From NCBI RefSeq assembly GCF_963921235.1, contig NC_086109.1, forward strand, positions 14,820,001 through 14,884,000: a DNA stretch of 64,000 bases, read 5' to 3'. Both the position numbers and the translations under genes were made by a program. The notes below the pieces were generated by a model. The model did not search any database, was not told where the DNA came from, and saw nothing but the letters and a program-made list of their open reading frames with translations. Source of the DNA: Mobula hypostoma (Eukaryota). Below, piece by piece: positions 25,448 through 37,509 of this stretch; the first letter of the stretch is position 1, and each line of letters opens with the position of its first letter.

Positions 25448-27594
25448 ATGGAGGTTGAGGAATTTATAAAGGCGCCGACCTTGGAGGCATTAGAGGATGC
25501 CAGGAAAGCGGAATTGGCAGCTGTGGCCAAACGGTTGAATCTTGCTAAGGGGAAGTCGACAATGAGGAGAGAGGAGACACACAGAGCTATCGTAGAGCAC
25601 TATGTATCTAAAGGTGTGTTTCCCCAAGGGGAGCTGGAGGTGGTGTCTATTGAAAAGCCTGCTGGAGACGCGGTACAGGTGCAGCTTGAAAAACTGAGAC
25701 TCGAGCACAAGTTCCGGGTACGGCAGCTAGAACACGAAGAGAAAGAGAGGCAATGGGAGCGAGAAGAGAGAGAGAGAGGCAGAGGGAAAGGGAATTTGAG
25801 CTGGAAAAGTTAAAGATAAGGGCAGAGCAGGGGCCCATGCCGAACCAAGGTGGAGGGTTCCGGGCGACCCAGGAGGTTAGGCTGGTTCCCCCATTTGACG
25901 ATACCGATGTGGATCGGTACTTTCTCCATTTCGAAAAAGTTGCTACAAGTCAGGACTGGCCGAGGGATAAGTGGGCTGTTTTGCTTCAGAGTGTCCTGAA
26001 AGGGAAAGCCCAACAAGCTTACTCAGCTTTGTCCGTGGAAGATGCCCAGAGGTATGAGGTGGTGAAAGAGGCCATCCTCAGGATTTATGAGTTGGTCCCG
26101 GAGGCATACCAGCAGAGGTTCCGGAATGCGAGGAAGCAGTGGGACCGCACGTATTTAGAGTTTGCTCGTGAGATGCAGACATATTGTGAGCGTTGGTGCG
26201 CCTCGAAGGGCGTAGATGGGGATTATGACAGACTGCTACAGCTGATCCTGATTGAGCAGTTTAAAGGTTGTGTCCCTGAGGGTATGAGACCCTACCTAGA
26301 TGAGAAAGAGGCAGCCATGTTAGCCGCAACTGCTAAGTTAGCGGATGAGTATGCGTTGACACATAAAATGAAGTTTTCCCCGAGTAAAGGCTACCAGAAG
26401 GGTTGTCAGGACGGCGGGGAGAGTCCGCCAGAAAAGTCAGAAAGTAAGCCAGGGACTAGTGAGAAGAATAAGGTAGACCGGGAGCAGTCTGGTAGGAAGT
26501 CTCCTGGGGTCGTCTGTTATAATTGTGGGAAAGTCGGACACTTTGCGTCCAGGTGCTTTGCCCCAAAGAAGGAGACGGGAAAAGGAAAAACGGCGATTTT
26601 GACTGGCTGTATCGAGCTGGTAAACGAACCGCTAGGAGAGGACAAGTCTGCCAAAGTTCAGGAAGGGCGCAAGAGGTTTATCTCGGCCGGATTGGTGTCA
26701 GTGAAGGAGGGGTTAAAACCAGTTCCAGTGCGGATCTGGAGAGACACGGGAGCGTGTCAGTCATTGACATTGAAGAGTGTATTAGAGTTTAGCTCAGAGA
26801 CCCAGACTGGGGAGGTCAAGGTCAAAGGTATTGGGGAAGGGACAGAGGCAGTCCCTTTGCACCAGATACACCTACAAAGCAACCTGGTCTCTGGACTAGT
26901 CACGGTCGGGGTGAGGCCCAAATTACCGATGAAAGGCGTGGAAGTCTTGCTCGGTAATGACCTCGCCAGGGGAATCATGTTCCTAGCCGTGAGATTGACA
27001 GGTCAGCCTGCCAGCATTGAGGCCCCGCCCATGGACTCACAGGTTCATCACGGGACTGCCGAAGTAAATTTAGCTGAGACGTTTCTGCCAGCCTTGTACG
27101 AGAAGGGGGTAGAAAGTGAAAAGAAGGAGTGTGGTGAAACAAGAGGTAGTGAGGGAACTGAGACAGACGTAGCATTAGCCAGGAAAGAACTTGTGCAGGC
27201 GCAGGAGCGAGACGAGGGGCTGATGGTTTTGGCGGAGACAGCTCTCTCTGACGCAGAATCAAAAAGGGAGCCAGTAGGCTATTGTGTGGAGGAGGAAGTG
27301 CTAAGGAAGAAAGGGAGACCAAGTACCGTACCCGCAGATGAGGAATGGGGGGTGGTGCAAAAGAGTTATGGGGATGAGATTTTTAACCTGGCCCACAAGG
27401 TACCCCTCGGTGGACATTTTGAGGTGCTGGAGGAAACAGTTGGTGGAATCATGAAAGAGGTTTACCGGCTGCACAGGAGGAAGGATGTTATTGATTATGG
27501 CAGACGCGAACTGAGACGGTCACAGGCTTTTGATATGCTAACGAACCTAGTCGGTGTTAGCGCAGAAATCAATGAAGCTAGGGTCCCCCGATAA
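25448..27594 (+). pseudogene. Gag (SCAN-like capsid, CCHC knuckle)-protease polyprotein, copy 1; frameshift in the (GA)n tract at ~25760-25790
   Basis: MEVEEFIKAPTLEALE; VPEAYQQRFR...LIEQF...LADEY; CYNCGKVGHFASRC; WRDTGA; LLGNDLA; AHKVPLGGHF. Confidence 0.85.
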
Positions 27595-28998
27595 GAGCAG
27601 AAAACCATTTTGAAAATATGAGTATGGTACCGACCAGATGGTATGAGACCCTACCTAGATGAGAAAGAGCAGCCACGTTAGCCGCAACTGCTAAGTTAGC
27701 GGATGAGTATGCGTTGACACATAAAATGAAGTTTGCCCCGAGTAAAGGCTACCAGAAGGGTTGTCAGGACAGCGGGGAGAGTCCGCCAGAAAAGTCAGAA
27801 AGTAAGCCAGGGACTAGTGAGAAGAATAAGGTAGACCGGGAGCAGTCTGGTAGGAAGTCTCCTGGGGTCGTCTGTTATAATTGTGGGAAAGTCGGACACT
27901 TTGCGTCCAGGTGCTTTGCCCCAAAGAAGGAGACGGGAAAAGGAAAAACGGCGATTTTGACTGGCTGTATCGAGCTGGTAAACGAACCGCTAGGAGAGGA
28001 CAGGTCTGCCAAAGTTCAGGAAGGGCGCAAGAGGTTTATCTCGGCCGGATTGGTGTCAGTGAAGGAGGGGTTAAAACCAGTTCCAGTGCGGATCTGGAGA
28101 GACACGGGAGCGTGTCAGTCATTGACATTGAAGAGTGTATTAGAGTTTAGCTCAGAGACCCAGACTGGGGAGGTCAAGGTCAAAGGTATTGGGGAAGGGA
28201 CAGAGGCAGTCCCTTTGCACCAGATACACCTACAAAGCAACCTGGTCTCTGGACTAGTCATGGTCGGGGTGAGGCCCAAATTACCGATGAAAGGCGTGGA
28301 AGTCTTGCTCGGTAATGACCTCGCCAGGGGAATCATGTTCCTTGCCGTGAGATTGACAGGTCAGCCTGCCAGCATTGAAGCCCCGCCCATGGACTCACAG
28401 GTTCATCACGGGACTGCCGAAGTAAATTTAGCTGAGACGTTTCTGCCAGCATTGTACGAGAAGGGGGTAGAAAGTGAAAAGAAGGAGTGTGGTGAAACAA
28501 GAGGTAGTGAGGGAGCTGAGACAGACGTAGCATTAGCCGGGAAAGAACTTGTGCAGGCGCAGGAGCGAGACGAGGGGCTGATGGTTTTGGCGGAGACAGC
28601 TCTCTCTGACGCAGAATCAAAAAGGGAGCCAGTAGGCTATTGTGTGGTGGAGGAAGTGCTAAGGAAGAAAGGGAGACCAAGTACCGTACCCGCAGATGAG
28701 GAATGGGGGGTGGTGCAAAAGAGTAATGGGGATGAGATTTTTAAACTGGCCCACAAGGTACCCCTCGGTGGACATTTTGAGGTGCTGGAGGAAACAGTTG
28801 GTGGAATCATGAAAGAAGTTTACTGGCTGCACAGGAGGAAGGATGTTATTGATTATGGCAGACGCGAACTGAGACGGTTACAGGCTTTTGATATGCTAAC
28901 GAACCTAGTCGGTGTTAGCGCAGAAATCAATGAAGCTAGGGTCCCCCTGATAAGAGAAGAAAACCATTTTGAAAAGATGAGTATGGTACCGACCAGAT
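26281..28998 (+). repeat. Direct tandem duplication of a 1359-bp unit (26281-27639 / 27640-28998)
   Basis: Junction ccagat|ggtatgagacc; roughly 18 substitutions and 2 single-base indels by manual count. Confidence 0.95.
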
Positions 28999-29700
28999 GG
29001 GAGAAGGCTATTGTTTTGGCCAGCTCTGCTGATAAGGTCTCTCCCTTAATCCCCGAACAAAGCGACTCTTTAGGAGAAGTAATTAAACGACTCGCACACG
29101 TGTGTTTGATTGTCCCGAGGCGATGCAAAGAACTGGGACGTTGGGTGGCGTCTGTTACACTAGGCCAGCCTAGCGAGCAACAGCCCTATAGAATGAGTAA
29201 TTCAGTGACGAAAGGGCTGACGAACACAGAGGTATGTATTGGCGATGTAATACAGCTGTCTGAAGCCAGCTTGATAGTGAACCTTGGAAAAAATGAGTTC
29301 GGCCACACGAAGGGCACTTATCTGGGAATTGTGGTAACACAGGGGCAGCTGGCAGCGATGCAAGCTAAAGTGTAGGCTATCTCTGACATCCCAACCCCAA
29401 CAGACAAGAGAGCCCTCAGAAGGCTCTTGGAGATGGTGGGGTACTGTAGGAAGTTTTGCAATAACTCTGCGGTTACTACCCCTCCCCCTCCTACTAAGCC
29501 CTTGCGAGAGAAAATTAAGTCGGAATGGGACGACCCTTGTTATTGTGGTCCGGGACGAAACCCAATGAGAGGTTACACTGATCGCAATTCATCAGTGTTT
29601 TTGGCCACTATGAAGTTTGCTAAGTTGGAGCCTGGTCTAAGGGATTATTAATAACACATATAAAAGGAACAGAAAATGTGATGGCTGACTGTCTGTCAGG
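27714..29700 (+). pseudogene. Second knuckle-protease copy running into vestigial integrase/RT/RNase H
   Basis: 553-aa ORF; QQPYRM, VCIGDV (decayed YxDD), LIVNLGKNEFG..TYLG, *AISDIPTPTDKRALRRLLEMVGYCRKF, YTDRNSSVFL, HIKGTENVMADCLS. Confidence 0.8.
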
Positions 29701-29810
29701 TGTTGACAACTTCAAATTCGCTGTATTAGCCAAATAGCTGATAAAGATGTATATTTTTGTGTATCAAATCATGTATTCATGTTTGTAATTTTTACCCCGG
29801 TAAAAATCCT

Positions 29811-29823
29811 TAAAGGTGGGAGG
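29811..29823 (+). promoter_or_regulatory. Polypurine tract
   Basis: taaaggtgggagg immediately before the 3' LTR. Confidence 0.7.
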
Positions 29824-30724
29824 TGTGACGAGAATACACATAGATTAAGATGTTAGCTGTCCTGTGCTAGCACCAGTGGGATCAGCAGTTGGTCTGCCAC
29901 CTGTCTTCAGGAGAAAGAGAGATAAGGAAAACAATGGAGCAGCATTTGGAGATGTTAATGAAGGGACGGGAGAGTTTAACGGAGGGAGAGCTGTCAAGAT
30001 CGGCTCCCCCTTTGAACCCTGAACTGTTTGAAGTGATGGACAGGCGATACCCCAGCAGGGGGATAAAAAGGGACAGGTTCGCTAAGGCAAGACACACACG
30101 ACACCCCGAGGTAACAAAACCCTGGAAGCGGTGCATCTCCCACAAGTCGGTGGGAAGTTTTGGAAGGCTGGTCGCGGGACCAAGCCATAGATGCACAGGG
30201 TGGAAAGGCACGATCAGCGGGAACCTGGTGCGTGTCCGCCCTTGCCTGGGTGCCAGGTTCACCGAGGAGAAACGATCGTATCTGGAAACGGAGGGGTCAC
30301 GGTCGGTGACCTCAGAAGACATCACAAAGGGCTCGCCCGAAAGCTGACTGCGAAGAATATCGAAGGTCCGTGTGGAAGCCGTTTGAATATTCATTCGTTT
30401 TGCTCTCTCTCTCCTTCCCCCCACTGTCCATCTCCCACGGCAGTGATTATGGTGAACTGAACTGAACTCAATTGAACTGAACTTTGCGTCACTTTGAAAC
30501 TGGTCATTTACCCCTAGACGACGATAGAGCTTGATTGATTCTGTTATCTAAATTCTGTGTACCTGTGTGTTTATCATTGCTGAGCTGTTGCATTCATTAT
30601 CCTTTTGATTAGAGTACTGTGTTGCTTGTTTCTTTAATAAAACTTTCTTAGTTCTAGTAATCCAGACTCCAACTGAGTGATCCATTTCTGCTGGTTTGGC
30701 AACCCAGTTACGGGGTACGTAACA
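29824..30724 (+). repeat. 3' LTR (901 bp)
   Basis: TG...CA termini; matches the 5' LTR. Confidence 0.95.
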
Positions 30725-31756
30725 ATACAAAATTGATTTGGTGATAAGAGCAAAAGGGTGATAGTGGAGGGTCGTTTCTCAGATTGGAAGACTGTGAGCT
30801 GTGGTGTGCCACTAGCCTTCATGTTGTTTGTTGCATATATTACCTGATTTGGTTGAGAATATGAGAATCATGACTGTATAGTGGACAGTAAAGATGGTTG
30901 TCCAAGATTATAAAAGGATATAGATCAACTAGGAAAGACGGCCAAGGAATGGCAGACAGAATTTAACTTGGACAAGTGCAGAGCAATGGATGCATTTTGG
31001 GAAGATAAACCATGGCGAATAGGATGATTCTGGGGTGTGTTGATGAATGAAGAACTTAGATGACTAGTACGTAGGTAACACACATAGACATTGCTGAAGA
31101 TGGCATATGGCTTGCTTGCGTTTATGGGCCAAGGCATTGGTTACAAGAGATGGGATGTCATGTTACAATTGAATAACTGTTTGTTTATGCCATATTGGTG
31201 TATTGCGTGTATCTCTGACCCTCATACCACAGGAAAGAAGCGATCAAGCGAAGAACAGTGCAGAGAAGATTCACAAGGATGCCTGGATTAAAGGTCCTGA
31301 GTTATATGGAGAGAATGGTTAGGATAGAGGTGATTTCTTTGGAGAGAAGGAGGCCGGAGACCCAAAGGTGACATGATAGAAGTATGTAAGACATAGAGGC
31401 CAAATAGTTGGAGTTAATTACTCACTGTGTGTACGGTGTGTAAAACTAGAAGGCACAATTTTAAAGTGCGAGGTAGGAAGTTTAAAGGAGATCTGAGGGT
31501 GTAATTTTTTAAATTTTTAAATTATTTTTACACACAGAGAATAGCAGGAATCTGGAATAAGCCGCTGGAAGAGGCGATAGATACAAGAACAGGAACAGTA
31601 ACAATACTTTAGAGACATTCGGACAGGTATTTGAATGAGCAAGGCGTAGTAGTATATAGAACTATGCAAGCAACTGGAATTCACACAATTAAACCTGACA
31701 GTCAGCCTAGATGTGGAAAGCTGAAGAGAATGTTTGCTATACAATTCTATACTCTA

Positions 31757-32058
31757 TCATCATCATCAAGTGCCTGTTAAGCCACTGGCATTTAGGGCAG
31801 CAATATAGGATGCTTCATTGCTGTTTCTATAACAGGTTTTTTACCATTCAGGGTTGTTAGCCCTGAGCTGAACCCGTGAACCTGGAGGACTGGTGGACCA
31901 CTCTCAGTCTGGCCTCTACCCTTTGACCTGTTTGGCATGGGTGACCCTACTAAGCGCCAAATCACAGGGCTCTGATTCCAGCCAACATAGCTCCCCAAGT
32001 CATTCAGTCACGCAAACTCCAAACCCTACGACAAGGTTGTGATTCTCTTGGAGGTCTA
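31757..32058 (-). mobile_element. Short non-autonomous RTE-derived element (RTE 5' UTR plus (GAT)n tail)
   Basis: Reverse complement matches the 5' UTR of the RTE at 45835-46060; flanked by actctat repeats. Confidence 0.65.
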
Positions 32059-33274
32059 TGACTCTATACTTGCCTTCATTTGCTCTGACCCTCCAAAGAA
32101 TTCATGGTACCAAACCCGCACACCCATTATGTGTTTCCTTGAGCCTTGCCTTGGAACATGCTGAACATTTTTAAAAGGCTTATGGGAACATTAAGAAATA
32201 GGAGGCCACTTAATCTACAAAGCTGCTCCACCTTTCAATGAGGTAGTGTCTGACCTTAAATCACTTACATGATATTGTTCCATAGACCTGGTTATACTGC
32301 TAACAAACATTGATTGATTTACACTTTCAATTGTTTACTGTGCCTACAGAACTATTTCCACATTCCAATCATCCTCTATCATCTTAGCTTAACCTTGCTT
32401 AACTGCAATTTTAAGATTTCTTTAAATCTGAAATCCGCCCACCAACATCCAGGAAGAGGACCCAGGAATTTGACTTCACTCAATTTAGAATGGGGATTCC
32501 CTGCAATGTTTTACACAATGCAGGATCATGGGGTGTTTCTGAAAGCAGTTAGCTCTGCCCAATTCATGAGGCAGCACCATGAGTCAACAACTGGGAAGTG
32601 AACTTGAGTTTATAAACATCAGAAATAACGAAGCAGATTAATTATGAATCAGGTGTTCCCAACCTTTTTTATGCCATGGACCAATACCATTAGGCTAGTT
32701 GTCAATGGACCCCATGTTGGGAACCCCTGCTTTAGGTGAAAGATGTGCTCTCTAGAACAATTATGCACAGACAAACCCCTGTCATTGCCTGAACTTATAA
32801 TTTTGACATTTATGTACTGTTGACTACTCTCTCAACTAGACTACAAGAAGGGAGTTTACAATATAAAACTGCATCCCTTGCCAATAAAACAGGTACAGTA
32901 ATTCTGTGTGTATTGTTCACAGAATATGTCTATTGGGATGGCAGGTGTTTATTTAAAGGCATTTACATTCTTCAGCAGAGCAGTTGTGCCAGACTCAAAA
33001 CAAAGATAAGAGCAAGATGCCTGATGCAGCTCACACAGCACAGACTGAACTCCAATTTTAAAAACACTAATTTCTCGAGGCTGGTGAATCAGCGGCAGGG
33101 TTTGACTGAACAGTCACGGGTAGAATCAGATGGCAGGACTTCCTAAAATGCACAAGTTGTTCTGGCCGATTTACTTCTCAATGTTGCTGAAGCAAAATTT
33201 TGATCACAAGCATCACACTGTAGTTTGAGTCAACTTGTTGTATTAAAAATTGTCTGCCAACTGGCTCCATTACA

Positions 33275-33562
33275 ACAAAGTTCAAAGTAAATTTTATTAT
33301 CAAATTACATACATCACCATATACAACCTCAAGCTTCATTTTCTTGTGGGAATACTCAATAAATCTATAGAATAATGACCATGGCAGAATCAATGAAAGC
33401 ACCCTACTAGGGCATTGAACCAGAGTGCAGAAGACAACAAACCGCAAACACAAGAGGAAGAAATAATAATAATAAGTGAATAAGCAATAAGTATTGAGAA
33501 CATGAGATGAAGAGTCCTTGAAAGCAAGTCTATAGGTTGTGTGAACATGTCAATGATGGGGC
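33275..33562 (-). mobile_element. Rex/Babar-related 3' end repeat (also 55630-56190, 63260-63820)
   Basis: Shared tcaaagtaaatt...caccatatacaac...gatgaagagtccttgaaa sequence. Confidence 0.65.
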
Positions 33563-34574
33563 TACACTTTAGAATTACACTTACTTGACATAAAGAATCA
33601 TGGGAAATTAAGGCCGTAGAAGTACTGTATAAATGCAAGTACTTCAGTGACTGAGAATGAAAAGCCAGTTAGCTGTAGAAGGAGATTCTTTCAGAAAGGA
33701 AGTGGTTACTTATAATGAGCTGATATAAATGAGTGGCTTAATCTATCCTGCAGGATTTTTTTTTAAGAAAGATCCTTCTTACATCTTAAGCCATTTCTTG
33801 TAATCATCTTCCTGGAAAGCAGAAATAATTGAACTTGTCAATATTCGGACATGATCAAACCGCACAGAAGTAGCAATCTATTTATAGCTGGTTTATAGTT
33901 AGCCTCGGATCTTTTAATTAGCCAATTTCCTAATGGGGTTACTAGGATCACTGAAGCATTTAGTTGACAAAAGCTGTGTTTAACACAAGTTATAGGTTGT
34001 TGAAATTCTGTTATTAAAAAAGTCTGAATTACTATATTCTTAAAGCTATATTCAAAGCTATACATTTCCATTATTATATATTATCCAGTTCAATATAATG
34101 TATAAAGTATACTATATTTATATAGGAAAAATTTGTGAGCGTTCGCAGACCCAAAAATAACCTACCAAATCATGTCAAATAACACATAAAACCTAAAATA
34201 ACAGTAACATATAGTGAAGTATAATACTTTAAAGCATATAATACTTTAAACAATATAAAGTACATCAGAAAATGTCTTAAAACCTTATGATGTGTTTTAA
34301 CTGACTCAAGTAAACTGTATATCTAGCAGATTTATGGCACTGCTCTTGTTAGATACAGTGCTTGTTGATAATAGAAGCAAGCAAACAAAATATTATATCC
34401 AGCTTAAATAACACTCCTCTAGCACCTAGTATTTATAAAATAAACAGATTTAGATCAAATGGACCTTAACTGATTAGAAATAAGTTTTAAGATGTAGTAC
34501 CTAGCTATTGCATTTTAGTACGTAAAGATTGCGTTGTAGTGCTTAAAGATTATACTTTACATACAATCAATGTA

Positions 34575-36112
34575 TAAAGGTTTCCCTCGCCATCCGAAGG
34601 TACAGCATTCCTATGAAACAGTTTGTAAGCCAGAATGTCGTAAAGCCAAGAAGCAATTACCATTTATTTATATGGGAAAAATTTGTGAGCATTCGCAGAC
34701 CCAAAAATAACCTACCAAATCATGCCAAATAACACATAAAACCTAAAATAACAGTAACATATAGTAAAAGCAGGAATGATATGATAAATACACAGCCTAT
34801 ATAAAGTAGAAATACTTCTCTACAATCATTGCCGCACTGTTCTCCATAGCGAAAATCGCATGCAAGCGCTCTTGGCAGAAACACTGTCTCCAGTAACCTT
34901 TAAGCTATGAAGCTGCCAAATCATACCAAGTAATGCATAAAAATACACAGTCTATTTAAAGTAGAAATAATGTATGTACAGTGTAGTATCACTTATCGGA
35001 ATCGGGAAGACATCGAGCACACTGATGACAGTGTGTTAGGCTGAGCCGTCGGAGGTTGGGGTGGTGCAGTGGCCCCCACCCTCCAGGCCGCAGACCGATA
35101 CATTGCCGCGAAGCATGCAGTGGTCCAGCGGTAGCCGGGATGCACCCAACACACCTTTAAGAAAAAAGCCGAAATAAACAAGCTAATTAATTAGGTGCCG
35201 CCCGGCACGTAAAAGTCGGCCCAGATCAGAGGCTACGCAATCGGCAATCGCCTCTGATCTGGGCCAACATTTACGTGCCAGGCGGCACCTAATTAATTAA
35301 CTTGTTTATTTCGGCTTTTTTCTTAAAGATGTGTTGGGTGTGTCCTGGCTACCGCTGCATTCTCCACGGCAATGTATCGGTCTGCGGCCCGGGGGTTGGG
35401 GTGGTGAGACATGAGGGTGTCATCTCGTCGTCATCTCTTTCCATTAGGGCAGGAAGGTCATCTTCTTCTATGTCTGCCTGCCTCAATGTCGAAGGTCGAG
35501 GTTCGTCATCTGCTGTGGCTGATGTAGAAGGCTTGCTTGACTGCTTAGCCTTGCGCATTTTTCTATCATACAGTTCTTTGTAAGCACTCAAACCATCTTG
35601 CAAATATGGCCTAAACCTACGTACCCTTTCAAAATTAAAGTCATACTTTTCTGCAATCACTGTTGTCGATTGCAGCAAAAATCTCATGCAGTTGCTTCAC
35701 GTTCAGTTCCTGGACGACTTCATTTTCGCTACTGCATTCGGTTTCGATTGTTATCTTTTCCTCTTCCAATTGCATCAGCTCTTCATGGTCATGGTCATGG
35801 GATGCCAAAACCTCTTCAACATCATCTTCGTCAACTTCCACAAGCCAAACTCACTTTGTCCTTACTTTATTCACCATGATTGAAACGCTTAATTATGTCT
35901 AGTTTTACGCTAAGTGTAACACCCTTACGAGCTCTTTTAGGCTTTTCCAATACCTTAGAACTCATCTTGCTAATGGCTGCTCACAGGCACGTGTTTAAGC
36001 AATGCCGGCGAGAATGCCGTTCCAGGGAAGGTGCGGCTGCTCGGGATAACTAACAGATAACTAATGTAAGTCTTTCGTAACAGTGAGGTTTCGTAAAGCG
36101 GAGGACACCCGT
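34575..36112 (-). mobile_element. Tigger/pogo-like DNA transposon, internally deleted
   Basis: Imperfect TIRs (aggtttccctcgccatccgaa / ttcgtaaagcggaggacacccg-ta); Tigger C-terminal remnant EVDEDDVEEVLASH..EELMQLEE..AYKELYDRKMRKAKQSS; partial duplicate of its end at ~34118-34220. Confidence 0.75.
35073..35402. repeat. ~330-bp near-perfect inverted repeat (hairpin) centred at ~35240
   Basis: gaaaaaagccgaaataaacaag...ggcccagatcagaggc / gcctctgatctgggcc...cttgtttatttcggcttttttc; the arms extend to ggccgcagaccgatacattgccg / cggcaatgtatcggtctgcggcc. Confidence 0.92.
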
Positions 36113-37509
36113 AGATATCTTTCGAGTATGCCATGCATGCTGTGCTCTGTCTGTTTTGTCTCCAGGTGGCACACTGGTGGGATTCCCCATTAAATGAGCA
36201 AGACACACACACAGACCGAGCCTTGAACTGCACATCCACAAGATGGAGTTTCAGAAGATCTACTTCCCCATAGCTGAAGCACAGCTACAGTAACTTTCAA
36301 AGCCTTTATAGAATGAAAAATCTCCCTCAGCTTTTGATTAAAATTAGGTGTTTGTACTGTATCATTTATTTGGCATCCTCTTACTTTTTTCACAACAAAA
36401 TCCTTTTGGTTTTTATGCATTTTAAAAAGAAATCTGACCTTGCAATCAGTGCTAACAATAATATTTCAGTAATAATTCTAAATTGGTATTCTTCATCCCC
36501 TCACACATTAGCTTAGAGGGAATGCACCTTAAAGCAAAGTTAAATCAAATTGTCCTGGAGTCAAACACATTGAAACACAGGTCACATGGATGACCAAAAT
36601 AAAACAGTAAACAGATTACCAAATTTTTGTGCAGAAAATTGGACGTTGTTATTTGATGACATTTCTGGAATAAATATGACAGCCACTACAGCATTAACTT
36701 CTCTCAATCCAAGTTCTGACACTGGCTTGAAGATTAAATAATCACTGACCCCACCCCACCCCTGGCTCACCCATTTTCTTTGCTGTTCTGAAAGAGCAGT
36801 CACCTTGGTTCCAGTGAAGTGCCAACACTGGGGGTCTTATATATAGAACAGTACAGTATAAAAATAGGCCCTTCAGTCCACAATGCCTCTACCAATCAGC
36901 TTGATGTCAATATCTTTTGTCATAGATTATCACTTTCGTTAAAATGATGTCATCTGATGACATCTATTCTTTAATAAATCAATGATTTTCAGGAAGCTAT
37001 TGTTAAACAATGTACTTTCCCTTTGCCCCTTCAGGCATTCTCTCTTTATCCACCGTCCTATTCCTTTTCCTGCCTCCTTTCTATCTCTGCTCAGGCACAT
37101 TATTTGCGTCAGTGATTTCCATAATGCAAGCTCTTTAGCTGTACTCAATACTCAAATTCAAACACTTGCAGCAATATTCAAATACTCGCAGCAAGCAGCA
37201 AATGGCAGATGGAACTCTGCAGGTCAAGTAGCATCTGTGAAGGCAAACAGCTGGTCGATGCTTTGGATCAAGACCTTGCATCGCAACCAAACTATTTTCA
37301 TTTCCCTTTCTCTCAAACCTCCTGGTTATCTGATTATTGTCCTACTTCCTATTAGTTTCACTTTTCCAGTTTCCATTTCCACTGACCACCCCCCCCCCAC
37401 AAAACCTCCTTTAACTTGATCTTCTAATTTCTGCCCATTCACCTCTATGCATACCCCACCTGAACTTCTAACTTTCAAGTAACTCTCACAGTCCTCTTTC
37501 AATCATCGT

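Larger units (their letters stand above)
24295..30724 (+). mobile_element. Gmr1-like (Ty3/Gypsy, IN before RT) LTR retrotransposon, non-autonomous
   Basis: Two 901-bp LTRs TGTGACG...CGTAACA; 4-bp TSD atat/atac; tRNA-Pro-like PBS; PPT; Gag-SCAN-CCHC-PR followed by IN, RT and RH remnants in that order. Confidence 0.93.
24150..31750 (+). mobile_element. CR1 LINE fragment split by the LTR element
   Basis: gacaaggtcccacatgg...aagtgg | atacaaaattg...ggagggtcgtttctcagattggaag is continuous CR1 RT-region sequence on either side of the LTR element. Confidence 0.75.

Noticed and set aside
25753..29375. Possible domesticated Gag/SCAN host gene
   Set aside because: Flanked by young paired LTRs with PBS, PPT and TSD, and carries frameshifts; this is a transposon copy, not a domesticated gene.
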